Source of the DNA: Armatimonadota bacterium
Lineage (GTDB): Bacteria; Armatimonadota; Fimbriimonadia; Fimbriimonadales; GBS-DC
DNA length: 64,000 bases
Direction: 5' to 3'
Assembly (NCBI GenBank): GCA_037444405.1
Contig: JBBIML010000007.1
Span: forward strand, 64,001 to 128,000
Part shown: one piece after another, positions 9,809-18,430 of the stretch
Layout: each line of letters starts with the position of its first letter
Numbering within the stretch: position 1 is the stretch's first letter
Position numbers and translations under genes: made by a program
The notes under the pieces: model-generated
Told to the model about the DNA's origin: nothing
Seen by the model: the letters and a program-made list of their open reading frames with translations, nothing else
Database searches by the model: none

Positions 9809-11309
9809 AGACAGGTTCACTCTCCGATCGAACGCCAGGATACTCCACGCGCCGATGGCGCAGGGCGACCAGCACGCGCACGAACGCCTCTTCAATCTGT
9901 TTTAGGTCGCGAAAAGTGAGCGTGCTTTCGTCCAGCTGCCCATCCTGGCGACGCATCTCGATGAGTTCATGCACATAGTTGGCGAGGCGGGCAGGGGTTG
10001 GGTTTTCCAGGCAGCGGGTGGCGGCTTCCACTGTGTCCGCCAGCATCACCAGCGCGGCTTCGCGCGTCTGCGGCTTGGGTCCGTCATACCGAAAATGTTG
10101 TTCCAGCACAGGGTCATGCCCTTCGCCGACCGCCTGGTGATAGAAATAGGTGATGAGTGAGGTGCCGTGATGCTGAGCGATAATGTCGCACACAGCGGTG
10201 GGCAGCCGATGCTGGCGTGCCAGCTCCAGCCCATCGCGCACATGGGAGGCGATGATGCGCGCCGAAAGCGCGGGGTTGATGCGCTCGTGCGTGTTGGGTC
10301 CCGTCTGGTTCTCGATATAGAAGTCGGGTCGGGTGAGCTTGCCGATGTCGTGATAGTAGCCGCCGACCCGCGCCAGCATTGGATCGGCGCCGATGGCTAT
10401 CGCGGCTTCTTCCGCCAGCTGCCCCACATACTGGCTGTGGAAATAGGTGCCGGGCGCCTTATCGCGCAGCTCGCGCAGCAGCGGATGCTCCAGCGAGGCG
10501 AGTTCCATCAGTGCCATCGGGGTCGCCAGTCGGAACGGTCGCTCCAGCAGGGTCAGCCCCAGCCAGAAGAGCGCCATCGTGCCCGTGCCGCTCACAACGC
10601 CCCAGAACCCGCCGGCGCACGCCCGCAGCCACTCGCCATGCGCATGGAGTTGTGCCGCGAACGCGCCCGCCATCAGCAACGCGCTCAACAGCGTGCCGGT
10701 CAGCAGGAGGTCGGTGCGCCGTCGCAGCGAGGCAATCGCGAACATCACTGTCCAGCCAATCAGCCCCACGACGCCCACCGTCAGCACGGGCAGATTCAGC
10801 GCGACGGCAACCCCGCCCAGCAGCACCGCAAAGACCAGCACCGCCAGCAGGGGATGAATCAGCACGCTGAGCATCATGCCGCCCGCAATCAGCGGCGCGA
10901 ACGCCACAAAGCCGCGCTCACTGCCCAGCCCCGGCGCGTTGCTTAACGCCGCCAGCACCCGCACACCCAGCAGGCTCAAAAAGCCGGTCAGCACCAGCAG
11001 GATCAGCCCCACTTCCCGCGCACTGGGCGCAATCGGCGAGCGCAGCGCCAGCCCCGAGGGCGCCATCAACCCCAGCTGACGAATCAGCATCATCAGCAGT
11101 GCCACCTGCGCCGCAGCAATCGCCACACGCTGGAGCCACTGCTGCAGCAGCGCGGTGATCTCACCGTTCAGCACGGTCAGGGCGAGCAGGCTGAGGATGC
11201 CCATCAACAACGGCTCCCAGCGCAGCGCGGGCAGCCACCGCTTGCGGGGCACGGTTCGAACATCGCCGCGCCTGCGACCCTGCCTCAGAGCCGCCCAACC
11301 GATACGCAT
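9789..11309 (-). CDS. 7TM-HD (HDIG) phosphohydrolase, PgpH-like, without the extracellular domain
   Basis: Multi-TM N-half then APGTYFHS, YYHDIGK, QHHGT, FRYDGPKP, MLADTVEAA. Confidence 0.88.
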   Translation of the reverse strand: MRIGWAALRQGRRRGDVRTVPRKRWLPALRWEPLLMGILSLLALTVLNGEITALLQQWLQRVAIAAAQVALLMMLIRQLGLMAPSGLALRSPIAPSAREVGLILLVLTGFLSLLGVRVLAALSNAPGLGSERGFVAFAPLIAGGMMLSVLIHPLLAVLVFAVLLGGVAVALNLPVLTVGVVGLIGWTVMFAIASLRRRTDLLLTGTLLSALLMAGAFAAQLHAHGEWLRACAGGFWGVVSGTGTMALFWLGLTLLERPFRLATPMALMELASLEHPLLRELRDKAPGTYFHSQYVGQLAEEAAIAIGADPMLARVGGYYHDIGKLTRPDFYIENQTGPNTHERINPALSARIIASHVRDGLELARQHRLPTAVCDIIAQHHGTSLITYFYHQAVGEGHDPVLEQHFRYDGPKPQTREAALVMLADTVEAATRCLENPTPARLANYVHELIEMRRQDGQLDESTLTFRDLKQIEEAFVRVLVALRHRRVEYPGVRSESEPVYVAHLP

Positions 11310-11325
11310 AACTCTCCCAAACGCC

Positions 11326-11493
11326 TCACTTCTTCCGACGGCGCTGCTTCTGACGCCGCCGACGCTCGCTCGGCTTCTCGTAGTGGGCATGCCGCTTGTA
11401 CTCCTGCAAAATCCCACTCTGCTCCAGCAACTTCTTAAAGCGCTTTAGCGCGCTGTCCAGCGACTCATTCGGACGAACCTGTATCTGTGCCAA
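11326..11493 (-). CDS. rpsU: 30S ribosomal protein S21 (absent from the ORF track)
   Basis: Manual translation from TTG: MAQIQVRPNESLDSALKRFKKLLEQSGILQEYKRHAHYEKPSERRRRQKQRRRKK; SD AAGGAGG and GGTATAAT upstream. Confidence 0.96.
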   Translation of the reverse strand: MAQIQVRPNESLDSALKRFKKLLEQSGILQEYKRHAHYEKPSERRRRQKQRRRKK

Positions 11494-11660
11494 TGCTATC
11501 GTGCCTCCTTCCTCGTTATCAGGATTATACCCTTCGATTCTCGATGAATCGCCTCCCTCCTGCCAATCGCCCCAGATTATATCGGTTTCCCGCGCGAAAA
11601 ATCAAGTGGGTGGTTCGCCTGCAAGGAACCGCGCCCTTTGTGCCGAAAATACATATCACG

Positions 11661-12326
11661 ATGAACCTCGTGACTCTGGAGCAGGTGCGCAACGACCCGA
11701 CCGTCCGCGCCTATATCCGGGCAGCCAATCAGGCGCTGTACGCGATGGGCTACACGGAACACGGCTTGCGCCACGCGGGTATCGTCGCCAACAACGCGCG
11801 ACGCCTCTGCCTCAAGCTGGGCTACACCGAGCGCCAGGCGGAGCTGGCGGCGATCGCGGGCTTCCTGCACGATGTGGGCAATGTGATTGCCCGCGACAAC
11901 CATGCGCAAATCGGTGGCGTGATCGCCTTCCATATCCTCACCCAGATGGGCATGCCCGCCGAAGAAATCGCCATCATCATCAGCGCGATTGGCAATCACG
12001 AGGAGACATCCGGCTACCCCGTCAACTACGCCGCCGCCACCGTGATCTTAGCCGATAAGTCCGATGTCCACTTCTCGCGTGTGCAGAACCCGCACCGCGA
12101 GCAGTTCGACATCCACGATCGGGTCAACTTCGCCACCCAGCGCTCCCGCCTGCGCGTGCTACCCAAAGAGCGCATCATCGAACTCAATCTGGAGATCGAC
12201 ACGACGGTCGCCAGCCTGATGGAATATTTCGAGATATTTCTGGAGCGAATGGTGATGTGCCGCCGCGCCGCCGAAGCCATCGATTGCCGATTCCATCTAA
12301 CTGTTAACGGCTCCCCAATCGGTTAA
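11661..12326 (+). CDS. HD-domain metal-dependent phosphohydrolase
   Basis: EHGLRH, LHDVGN, AIGNHEE, ILADKSD. Confidence 0.85.
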   Translation: MNLVTLEQVRNDPTVRAYIRAANQALYAMGYTEHGLRHAGIVANNARRLCLKLGYTERQAELAAIAGFLHDVGNVIARDNHAQIGGVIAFHILTQMGMPAEEIAIIISAIGNHEETSGYPVNYAAATVILADKSDVHFSRVQNPHREQFDIHDRVNFATQRSRLRVLPKERIIELNLEIDTTVASLMEYFEIFLERMVMCRRAAEAIDCRFHLTVNGSPIG

Positions 12327-12421
12327 ACACCGAACAATCGGCGCCTTGTAGCGTCTACAGGCTACGGCAGGGACATCCTGTGCGGTTTGCAGGTGTTCCT
12401 GACTATCGGAAGGAGGGATGT

Positions 12422-12934
12422 ATGATGCGCAAACTCTGGTGGATAGCTGTACTGACGCTGACAGGCGCTGCGGCACTGGCGCAGAACTGCACGGTTGAAG
12501 GCGCCTTCGGCGCTGGGGCAGCCAGGTCGGAGCATTCCGATCGCCCGAACGCCCGTTTCGGGCTGAATGTGATCCATGCAACCTGTGGGGATCGGGAGTT
12601 CCGCGCGGGTGCATTCTGCTTCGAAGCGCGGCTTGAGAACCGCCTGGTGGAGATCCGGATGGTTCGTCTGACCCAGCTGGCGGTTGATGCCGAGCATCGG
12701 GTGGCGGAGTTCGCCGGGCATGCGGTGATGACGGTTCGCACGCGCGAAGGCGTGCGCCATGTGCGCGGGCTGGTGCGCGTGCGGGTGCAGGACAACCGCC
12801 CGCGCGATAGCGATGAGGGCGACCCCGATACCATCGCGGTGGCGTTCTTTGTGCCCGATCGCAACGAACCGGTGTTCGCCTATCGGGGCGCACTGGTGCG
12901 TGGCGACATCCTCGTGTTCCACCGCGAACGCTAA
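12422..12934 (+). CDS. Secreted beta-rich hypothetical protein (resembles post-COAP-1-type domain)
   Basis: SD AAGGAGG, signal peptide ending ALA-Q; C-terminal V.D......D.I....Y.G.L..GDI.V pattern. Confidence 0.7.
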   Translation: MMRKLWWIAVLTLTGAAALAQNCTVEGAFGAGAARSEHSDRPNARFGLNVIHATCGDREFRAGAFCFEARLENRLVEIRMVRLTQLAVDAEHRVAEFAGHAVMTVRTREGVRHVRGLVRVRVQDNRPRDSDEGDPDTIAVAFFVPDRNEPVFAYRGALVRGDILVFHRER

Positions 12935-12949
12935 TCCCGATCCCCCTCA

Positions 12950-12990
12950 AATCGCCCCTTCCTGTATGCAGGAGGGGGCGATTAATTCTT
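12950..12990. terminator. Hairpin terminator between convergent CDS and tRNA-Ser
   Basis: aatcgccccttcctg-tatg-caggagggggcgatt followed by aattcttt. Confidence 0.7.
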
Positions 12991-12992
12991 TC

Positions 12993-13083
12993 TGGCGGAG
13001 GGGGAGGGATTCGAACCCCCGTCCCACACGAGGTGGGATGCGGTTTTCAAGACCGCCGCCTTCAACCACTCGGCCACCCCTCC
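12993..13083 (-). tRNA. tRNA-Ser (anticodon UGA)
   Basis: GGAGGGG acceptor stem, GCGGT-CTTGAAA-ACCGC anticodon arm, long variable arm, GGTTCGAATCC T-loop, encoded CCA. Confidence 0.97.
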
Positions 13084-13103
13084 GCGCCTTTAATAATACC
13101 CGT

Positions 13104-13850
13104 TCAGGGCTTCGCCTCGGCGGTCAGGCTCTGTAAGTATTGTGCCACCACCGTTTCCGAATCGCCGTCGGCGCGCAGAATCCCTTTGTCCAGCCAGAGG
13201 GCGCGGGGCGCAATTTGGCGCACCGCCGCCATATCGTGCGACACGAACAGAATCGTGCGCCCCTGCTGCTGAAACTCGCGGATTTTGCGGTAGCATTTTT
13301 GCTGGAAGTGGGCGTCGCCCACCGCCAGCACCTCGTCCACCAGCAGGATGTCGGCGTCCACATGCGCTGCGACGGCGAAGCCCAGTCGCATCAGCATCCC
13401 CGACGAGTAGGTGCGCACCGGCGCGTCGATATACTCTTCCAGCTCGGCGAACTGGATAATCGCGTCGAGCCGCTCGCTAATCTGCCTGCGGCTCAGCCCC
13501 AGAATGACGCCGTTGAAGTAGATGTTCTCCAGCCCGGTGAGGTCGGGATGGAAGCCCGCGCCCAGCTCCAGCAGGGGCGCCACGCGCCCGTTCACCTCCA
13601 GCGTGCCGCTGGTCGGGCGGTACACGCGCGCAATCAGTCCCAGTAGGGTGCTTTTGCCCGATCCGTTCTGCCCGATAACCGCGACGGTCTCGCCGCGATA
13701 AACCGTGAAGCAGATGGCGTTCAGCGCGACGATATGCTCCACCCGCCGGGGCAGGAACGAGAGCAGCAGCCCCTTGAGCGACGAGTAGGGCTGATGGGTC
13801 AGGCGGAACTCTTTGGTGAGCTGCTCGGCGCGGATGGCAACGGTCGCCAT
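13104..13850 (-). CDS. Polysaccharide/teichoic-acid export ABC ATPase (Wzt/TagH-like)
   Basis: GQNGSGKST, LELGAGF, YSSGM, DEVLAVGD, VSHD. Confidence 0.92.
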   Translation of the reverse strand: MATVAIRAEQLTKEFRLTHQPYSSLKGLLLSFLPRRVEHIVALNAICFTVYRGETVAVIGQNGSGKSTLLGLIARVYRPTSGTLEVNGRVAPLLELGAGFHPDLTGLENIYFNGVILGLSRRQISERLDAIIQFAELEEYIDAPVRTYSSGMLMRLGFAVAAHVDADILLVDEVLAVGDAHFQQKCYRKIREFQQQGRTILFVSHDMAAVRQIAPRALWLDKGILRADGDSETVVAQYLQSLTAEAKP

Positions 13851-13860
13851 CGCAGGTGGT

Positions 13861-15390
13861 TCATTGACCGCCGCCGCCATAGCCTCCGCGTCCGCCACCG
13901 TAGCCGCCTCGCCCGCCGCCCGATGGCGGCTGCTGCTGACCCGCCGGGCGCGGCACGCTCTTGCTCAAACTGTTATCCACATAGATGCCCCAGTTGAAGC
14001 GCAGGCTGTTGCCTGCCCAGTCGCTGGCAATAATAGTGAGCGTGTGGCGTCCGTCGGGCAGAGGCTTCGCCGTGCTGCCGCCACCCGCCTTCAGCTCCGC
14101 CGTCAGCTCCCCTGTGGATGGCTCATACACGAACGCGAGCGGCTCGTCGTTCAGCAGCAATTTGAGCGAGTCGGGATTGATGCCGCTCTGGTCATCGCGC
14201 AGGCGTGCACCGAAGGTCAGCGGCAGCTGACCCGACATCATCTCGCCAATCGCCGGCGTCGTGCGCAGCACCATCGGCGGGATTCGATCGAGCCAGTCGT
14301 AGGCGAAGGCGGTCAGACTGCCATCATCGCTGGCAATCAGCAGCCCCTCCTCCATGAAGACGGGATTGCGGTTAATCGGCAAATAGTAAAGGGGGCGGTT
14401 GTTCGCGTCGCGCGTACCTTCGGGCGGGCGCAGTGTGTAGAGCCAGCGTATCTGCAGATCGGGCAGGGTGTAGACCACTACCGTGCCCCGCACCGTGCTG
14501 ACCCACAGGTCGCCCCTGTGGATAACAGGCGCGACCAGGGGTGGATAGCGCGCCTCAATAGGGGTCTGGTCACCTGCCACGATTCGCCCGTTGTGGTCAA
14601 ACACATAGATGCGGTTCTCGCGCGTGATGACGACCACATAGTTTTCGTCGGCGGCGGGCGCCAGGCGCAGCTCGGTGGTGAATCGGCGTGTCCAGCGTGG
14701 CGAGCCGCTGTTCGGGTTCAGGGCAATCAGCTGGTCATTCGCCGTCACATAGAGGCTGTTACTGGCATAGACGGGCTGAGCGTCATACACAGGGCTGGGC
14801 AGATTGAGCGCCCAGCGGCGGCGACCGCCGCTCGCGGTGATGGCGTGCAGGCTGCCACCGTTCGTGCCGAAGACGATCAGATCGCCCGCCTTGACCAGCC
14901 GCCCTGTGATGTAATCGCCCGCGCGATAGGGTTCCTTCCAGAGCGGCTCCCCACTGCGGGCGTTGATCGCGTACACCTCCCCGCGCCCCGTGCCGATATA
15001 GAGCGTGCCTTCCTCCAGCACGGGGATAGCTGTAGGCGCGCTGTCGGCAGTGAAAATCCAGCGCAGCTTGCCCGTCTCGATATCCAGCGCGTACACATTC
15101 CCGTTGCTGGCGCCGATGTAGACCAGCCCCTCACCCTCCACCGGTTGCCCCTGAAAGGTGGCGTTCAGGGGCGCATCGGCAGGATACTGCCAGCGCAGGG
15201 TGCCATCCGCCCGATTAACGGCATAGAGACGATTGAGGCACGGATAGTAGATGGTGCGACTGCCCACGCCCGGCACCGCAGGGTTATTGCGGGCAGGATT
15301 GCCGAAAAACTGCCAGGTCACCGTGGGCACCTGTGCCGCCGCCATCAGCCAGAGCCATCCGCCCAGTAAGCATAGCGTCCATCGGTTCAT
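13861..15390 (-). CDS. Secreted PQQ-like beta-propeller protein with C-terminal Ig-like domain
   Basis: Signal peptide; repeated (LY)A(LD)..TG...W blades; DGRHTLTIIASDWAGN; Gly-rich tail. Confidence 0.85.
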   Translation of the reverse strand: MNRWTLCLLGGWLWLMAAAQVPTVTWQFFGNPARNNPAVPGVGSRTIYYPCLNRLYAVNRADGTLRWQYPADAPLNATFQGQPVEGEGLVYIGASNGNVYALDIETGKLRWIFTADSAPTAIPVLEEGTLYIGTGRGEVYAINARSGEPLWKEPYRAGDYITGRLVKAGDLIVFGTNGGSLHAITASGGRRRWALNLPSPVYDAQPVYASNSLYVTANDQLIALNPNSGSPRWTRRFTTELRLAPAADENYVVVITRENRIYVFDHNGRIVAGDQTPIEARYPPLVAPVIHRGDLWVSTVRGTVVVYTLPDLQIRWLYTLRPPEGTRDANNRPLYYLPINRNPVFMEEGLLIASDDGSLTAFAYDWLDRIPPMVLRTTPAIGEMMSGQLPLTFGARLRDDQSGINPDSLKLLLNDEPLAFVYEPSTGELTAELKAGGGSTAKPLPDGRHTLTIIASDWAGNSLRFNWGIYVDNSLSKSVPRPAGQQQPPSGGGRGGYGGGRGGYGGGGQ

Positions 15391-15437
15391 GCTTGCCTCC
15401 AAACACCTCTGTTTAGACGCCGGATGCGCATCTCCTG

Positions 15438-15779
15438 CTACAGGCTGAACGAAGTGCCGCATCCGCACTGCCGCTTCGCGTTCGGGTTATTGAATCGGAA
15501 CCCGCTACCGATGAGCTCACCCGTGTAGTCGATGGTGGTTCCCTGCAGGATGCGCGCGCTCCGGGGGTCGATCAGGATGCGCAGACCGTCTATTTCGAAC
15601 TGCAGGTCGTTCGGGCGCGGCGCATCTTCAGGCTGCATCACATACTCCAGCCCGGAGCAGCCGCCCGCGCGCACGCCAATACGCAGGTAGGCATCAGGCT
15701 TGCCCCGCCGTGCCAGCAGCTGCTTGATCCGTGCCACCGCCCGCGCCGTGATCTCCACCGGCATCGCTGTCTGTTGCAT
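15438..15779 (-). CDS. iscA: Fe-S cluster A-type carrier (IscA/SufA/HesB)
   Basis: GGCSGLEY and NPNA...CGCGTSF. Confidence 0.93.
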   Translation of the reverse strand: MQQTAMPVEITARAVARIKQLLARRGKPDAYLRIGVRAGGCSGLEYVMQPEDAPRPNDLQFEIDGLRILIDPRSARILQGTTIDYTGELIGSGFRFNNPNAKRQCGCGTSFSL

Positions 15780-15932
15780 CGTTAAGATTATACCTGACTG
15801 GCTCCTTGCCGATTCTGGGAGCGAGTGCGGTCCTGTCCAGATTCCTCACCCAGAACATCAAGCCAGTCCCTCACCCATAAATCGGCAGGTTCATCGATGG
15901 GGGCGCGGTCACGCCTGCACAGGGCAGAAAAC

Positions 15933-15975
15933 AAAAAAAAGCGGGACAGGCAGGTGATGAGGCTGCCTGTCCCCG
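15933..15975 (-). terminator. Rho-independent terminator
   Basis: GGGACAGGCAG-cctcatcac-CTGCCTGTCCC then GC-TTTTTTTT on the minus strand. Confidence 0.88.
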
Positions 15976-16001
15976 GATAAATGGAGGTCTTGATGCGAAA
16001 C
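15933..16001 (-). ncRNA. Candidate ~70-nt small RNA
   Basis: GGTATAAT -10 (16008-16013), short unstructured region with GACCTCC, then GC hairpin and T8. Confidence 0.45.
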
Positions 16002-16050
16002 ATGATTATTATACCCCGTCTTCGGGGCGATTCCTGCTTCTTGCGGAGAT

Positions 16051-17295
16051 TCAGCGGCGCGATTCGCGGCTGACATGCGGACGCGAGCGCAGAACCACCA
16101 GGCTGATGAGGGCGCCGAGCGTGAGCATGAGGGCGCAACCGATGAAGGGCACGCGCCGCGAGGGGATCACCATCTCGCCCAGTCGCAGGTCCAGGTGTTC
16201 ATACAGGACGCCGCCGAGCAGGGCGCCCAGAATGCTGCCGATGCCCTGCGCGGTGCCCGCCGCACCCAGAATCACACCCCGCCGTTCGGGATAGACCTCG
16301 CTCAGCTCCGCCATCCATGCTGCCAGCGCCAGCACGAAGCTGAGCGCGCCCGCGCCCGCCGCCAGCAACACCAGCAGCAGGTTCGGTTGTGCAGGCAACA
16401 CCACCAGCCACATCACCAGCGCGCCGCCTGCCAGACCCAGCTGCACCGAACGCCCATGCCCAATCCGATCCGACCAGCGCCCAATCGGCACACTCAGCGC
16501 CCCAATCAGCAGCGCGGGGAACACCAGCCCCAGCCCGAATACCGTTTCGCTGACACGGAACTCCTCCATCGCGTAGAGCTTGACCAGCAGCATAATCAGC
16601 CCGATGCCGAAGAAGACCACGAACGCCAGCAGGAGATGCCCAGGCACCAGACGCACCGCGCTCAGGAACGCCCGCAGCGACACCTCGCTTCGATGCGCTT
16701 CATCGGGATGGTGGCTGCCGCGCCCGTCGCAGGGATAGAACCGCCAGAGAATGAACGCGGCGACCGCAAACAGCGCCGCGACCAAATAGAACGAGGCGGT
16801 TTTACTGCCCGTGAGGTCGTTTGCCAGCCCGCCCGCCAGCGGACCGAGCGCGACGCCCGACATGTAGGTCATATTCAAAAAGCTCATCGCCCACGAGCGG
16901 CGCTCCGGGGGCACAGTGTCGCCAATCGCGGCGTAGGCAGCGGGCCAGAGCATCGCCGCGCCCAGCCCGTCCAGCCCGCGCAACATCAGAAACCACACGG
17001 GATGCTTCACCCACACCGTGCAGAGCGCGGTGCAGGTCGTGATCAGCGGTCCGACAAGCATCAGGCGGCGGCGCCCGAACCGATCGCTGAGCATGCCCAT
17101 CGGCGCCCGAAAGAGCGCCTCCGTCAATAAAAAGATCGAGCCGACCGCCGTCACGGTCGACTCGCCCAGCCCGATGGTGTAGCGCAGGTAGACGGGCATC
17201 GCCGAGATGTTGAGCGTGACATAGCCCAGCTCGGCGCAGCCCGCCATCAGCACCAGCGCCCAGAACGCCCGCATCCGCCGCGCGTCGTCACTCAC
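16051..17295 (-). CDS. MFS transporter
   Basis: About 12 hydrophobic segments; GMLSDRFGRR motif A and GRWSDRIG repeat. Confidence 0.92.
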   Translation of the reverse strand: MSDDARRMRAFWALVLMAGCAELGYVTLNISAMPVYLRYTIGLGESTVTAVGSIFLLTEALFRAPMGMLSDRFGRRRLMLVGPLITTCTALCTVWVKHPVWFLMLRGLDGLGAAMLWPAAYAAIGDTVPPERRSWAMSFLNMTYMSGVALGPLAGGLANDLTGSKTASFYLVAALFAVAAFILWRFYPCDGRGSHHPDEAHRSEVSLRAFLSAVRLVPGHLLLAFVVFFGIGLIMLLVKLYAMEEFRVSETVFGLGLVFPALLIGALSVPIGRWSDRIGHGRSVQLGLAGGALVMWLVVLPAQPNLLLVLLAAGAGALSFVLALAAWMAELSEVYPERRGVILGAAGTAQGIGSILGALLGGVLYEHLDLRLGEMVIPSRRVPFIGCALMLTLGALISLVVLRSRPHVSRESRR

Positions 17296-18374
17296 CCATC
17301 GTCCCTCAGGTCCGTATCGATGGCGACCTCGTGCCCCGTCTCCGACGATTGATAGATGGCGTCCAGTATCGCGTTCAGAATGAACCCGTGTTCGCCCGGC
17401 ACAGGCGACGGCTTGCCATGCTCAACGGCATCGATGAACGCCTCAATCTCGGCGTGATACGAGTTGATGCTCGGCAGGTGCGCAGGCTCGATATTGTAGA
17501 GCGTGCGGTTATGTTCGGTGAAGATTTTCACCGGCGGCTGACCAATCGGATTGGCGAACACGCCGCCCCGATCGCCCAGGATCAGCGTGTTGAACTCGTC
17601 GCCCTCAATATTGGCGCAGAAGCTCGATTCGAGGGTGAGCGTCGCGCCGTTTTCGAAGCGGATAAGCCCAACCGCGAAATCTTCGACGGTGAACTTTTTC
17701 GGGTCCCACTGCCCCATCAGCCCCATCACATCGTCGCGATGACCGAACTTGGTGTAGGTCGCGCCGAACGCCGACACGGGGCGCGGGTAGCCCATCAGCC
17801 ACAGCGTCGCATCCAGAATATGCACGCCGATATCGATCAGCGGACCACCGCCCTGCTTCTCTTTATCGATGAACACGCCCCAGCCGGGAATGCCGCGCCG
17901 ACGCAGGGCGTGCGCCCGCGCATAGTAAATCTCGCCCAGATGGCCCTCCTGCTGAATGTATTTGTACAGGAACTGCGCGACGCCCGTGAAGCGCCACTGG
18001 AGCGCGACCTGCAGGATTTTGCCCGTGCGCCGCGCCGTTAGCACCATTTCGCGCGCCTCGTGCGCGTTGCGGGCTAACGGCTTCTCGCACAGCACATGCT
18101 TGCCCGCCTCCAGCGCGGCAATCGTCACCTCCTTATGCAAATAGTTGGGCGTGCAGACGCTGACCGCCTGAATATCGTCGCGCTGAAGCAGCTCGCGATA
18201 GTCGGTGTACACATAGGGCACGTTGAACTTGGCAGCGGCAGCCTGCGCGTTCTGCTCGTTAATGTCCGCCACCGCGACAATCTGGACTCGATCGCCCAAT
18301 CGCGCATAGCCCGGCATATGCTGGGACTGCGCAATACCACCGGAACCGATAATGCCCACGCCTATCTTGCCCAA
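17292..18374 (-). CDS. Gfo/Idh/MocA family oxidoreductase
   Basis: GIIGSGGIA, HVLCEKP, GGGPLIDIGVH; TTG start with SD AAGGAGG. Confidence 0.92.
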   Translation of the reverse strand: MGKIGVGIIGSGGIAQSQHMPGYARLGDRVQIVAVADINEQNAQAAAAKFNVPYVYTDYRELLQRDDIQAVSVCTPNYLHKEVTIAALEAGKHVLCEKPLARNAHEAREMVLTARRTGKILQVALQWRFTGVAQFLYKYIQQEGHLGEIYYARAHALRRRGIPGWGVFIDKEKQGGGPLIDIGVHILDATLWLMGYPRPVSAFGATYTKFGHRDDVMGLMGQWDPKKFTVEDFAVGLIRFENGATLTLESSFCANIEGDEFNTLILGDRGGVFANPIGQPPVKIFTEHNRTLYNIEPAHLPSINSYHAEIEAFIDAVEHGKPSPVPGEHGFILNAILDAIYQSSETGHEVAIDTDLRDDG

Positions 18375-18430
18375 TTTATCTCCTCCTTGACCTGAATAGC
18401 GTTGCCAATGCAGTATACCCGCTCTCCTGC

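Noticed and set aside
12993..13083. tRNA-Ser as an integration site
   Set aside because: No integrase and no duplicated tRNA 3' end seen in the window
13813..15369. Long antisense ORFs (also 1383-2906, 28074-29411, 57113-58588, 58621-59973)
   Set aside because: Shadow frames of high-GC genes on the opposite strand; no motifs or RBS
15855..15880. GAGGGACTGGC..GATG resembling the SAM-I riboswitch core
   Set aside because: Lacks the upstream ATCnAGAG and downstream GCAACC/GGTGC elements, and iscA has its own promoter downstream
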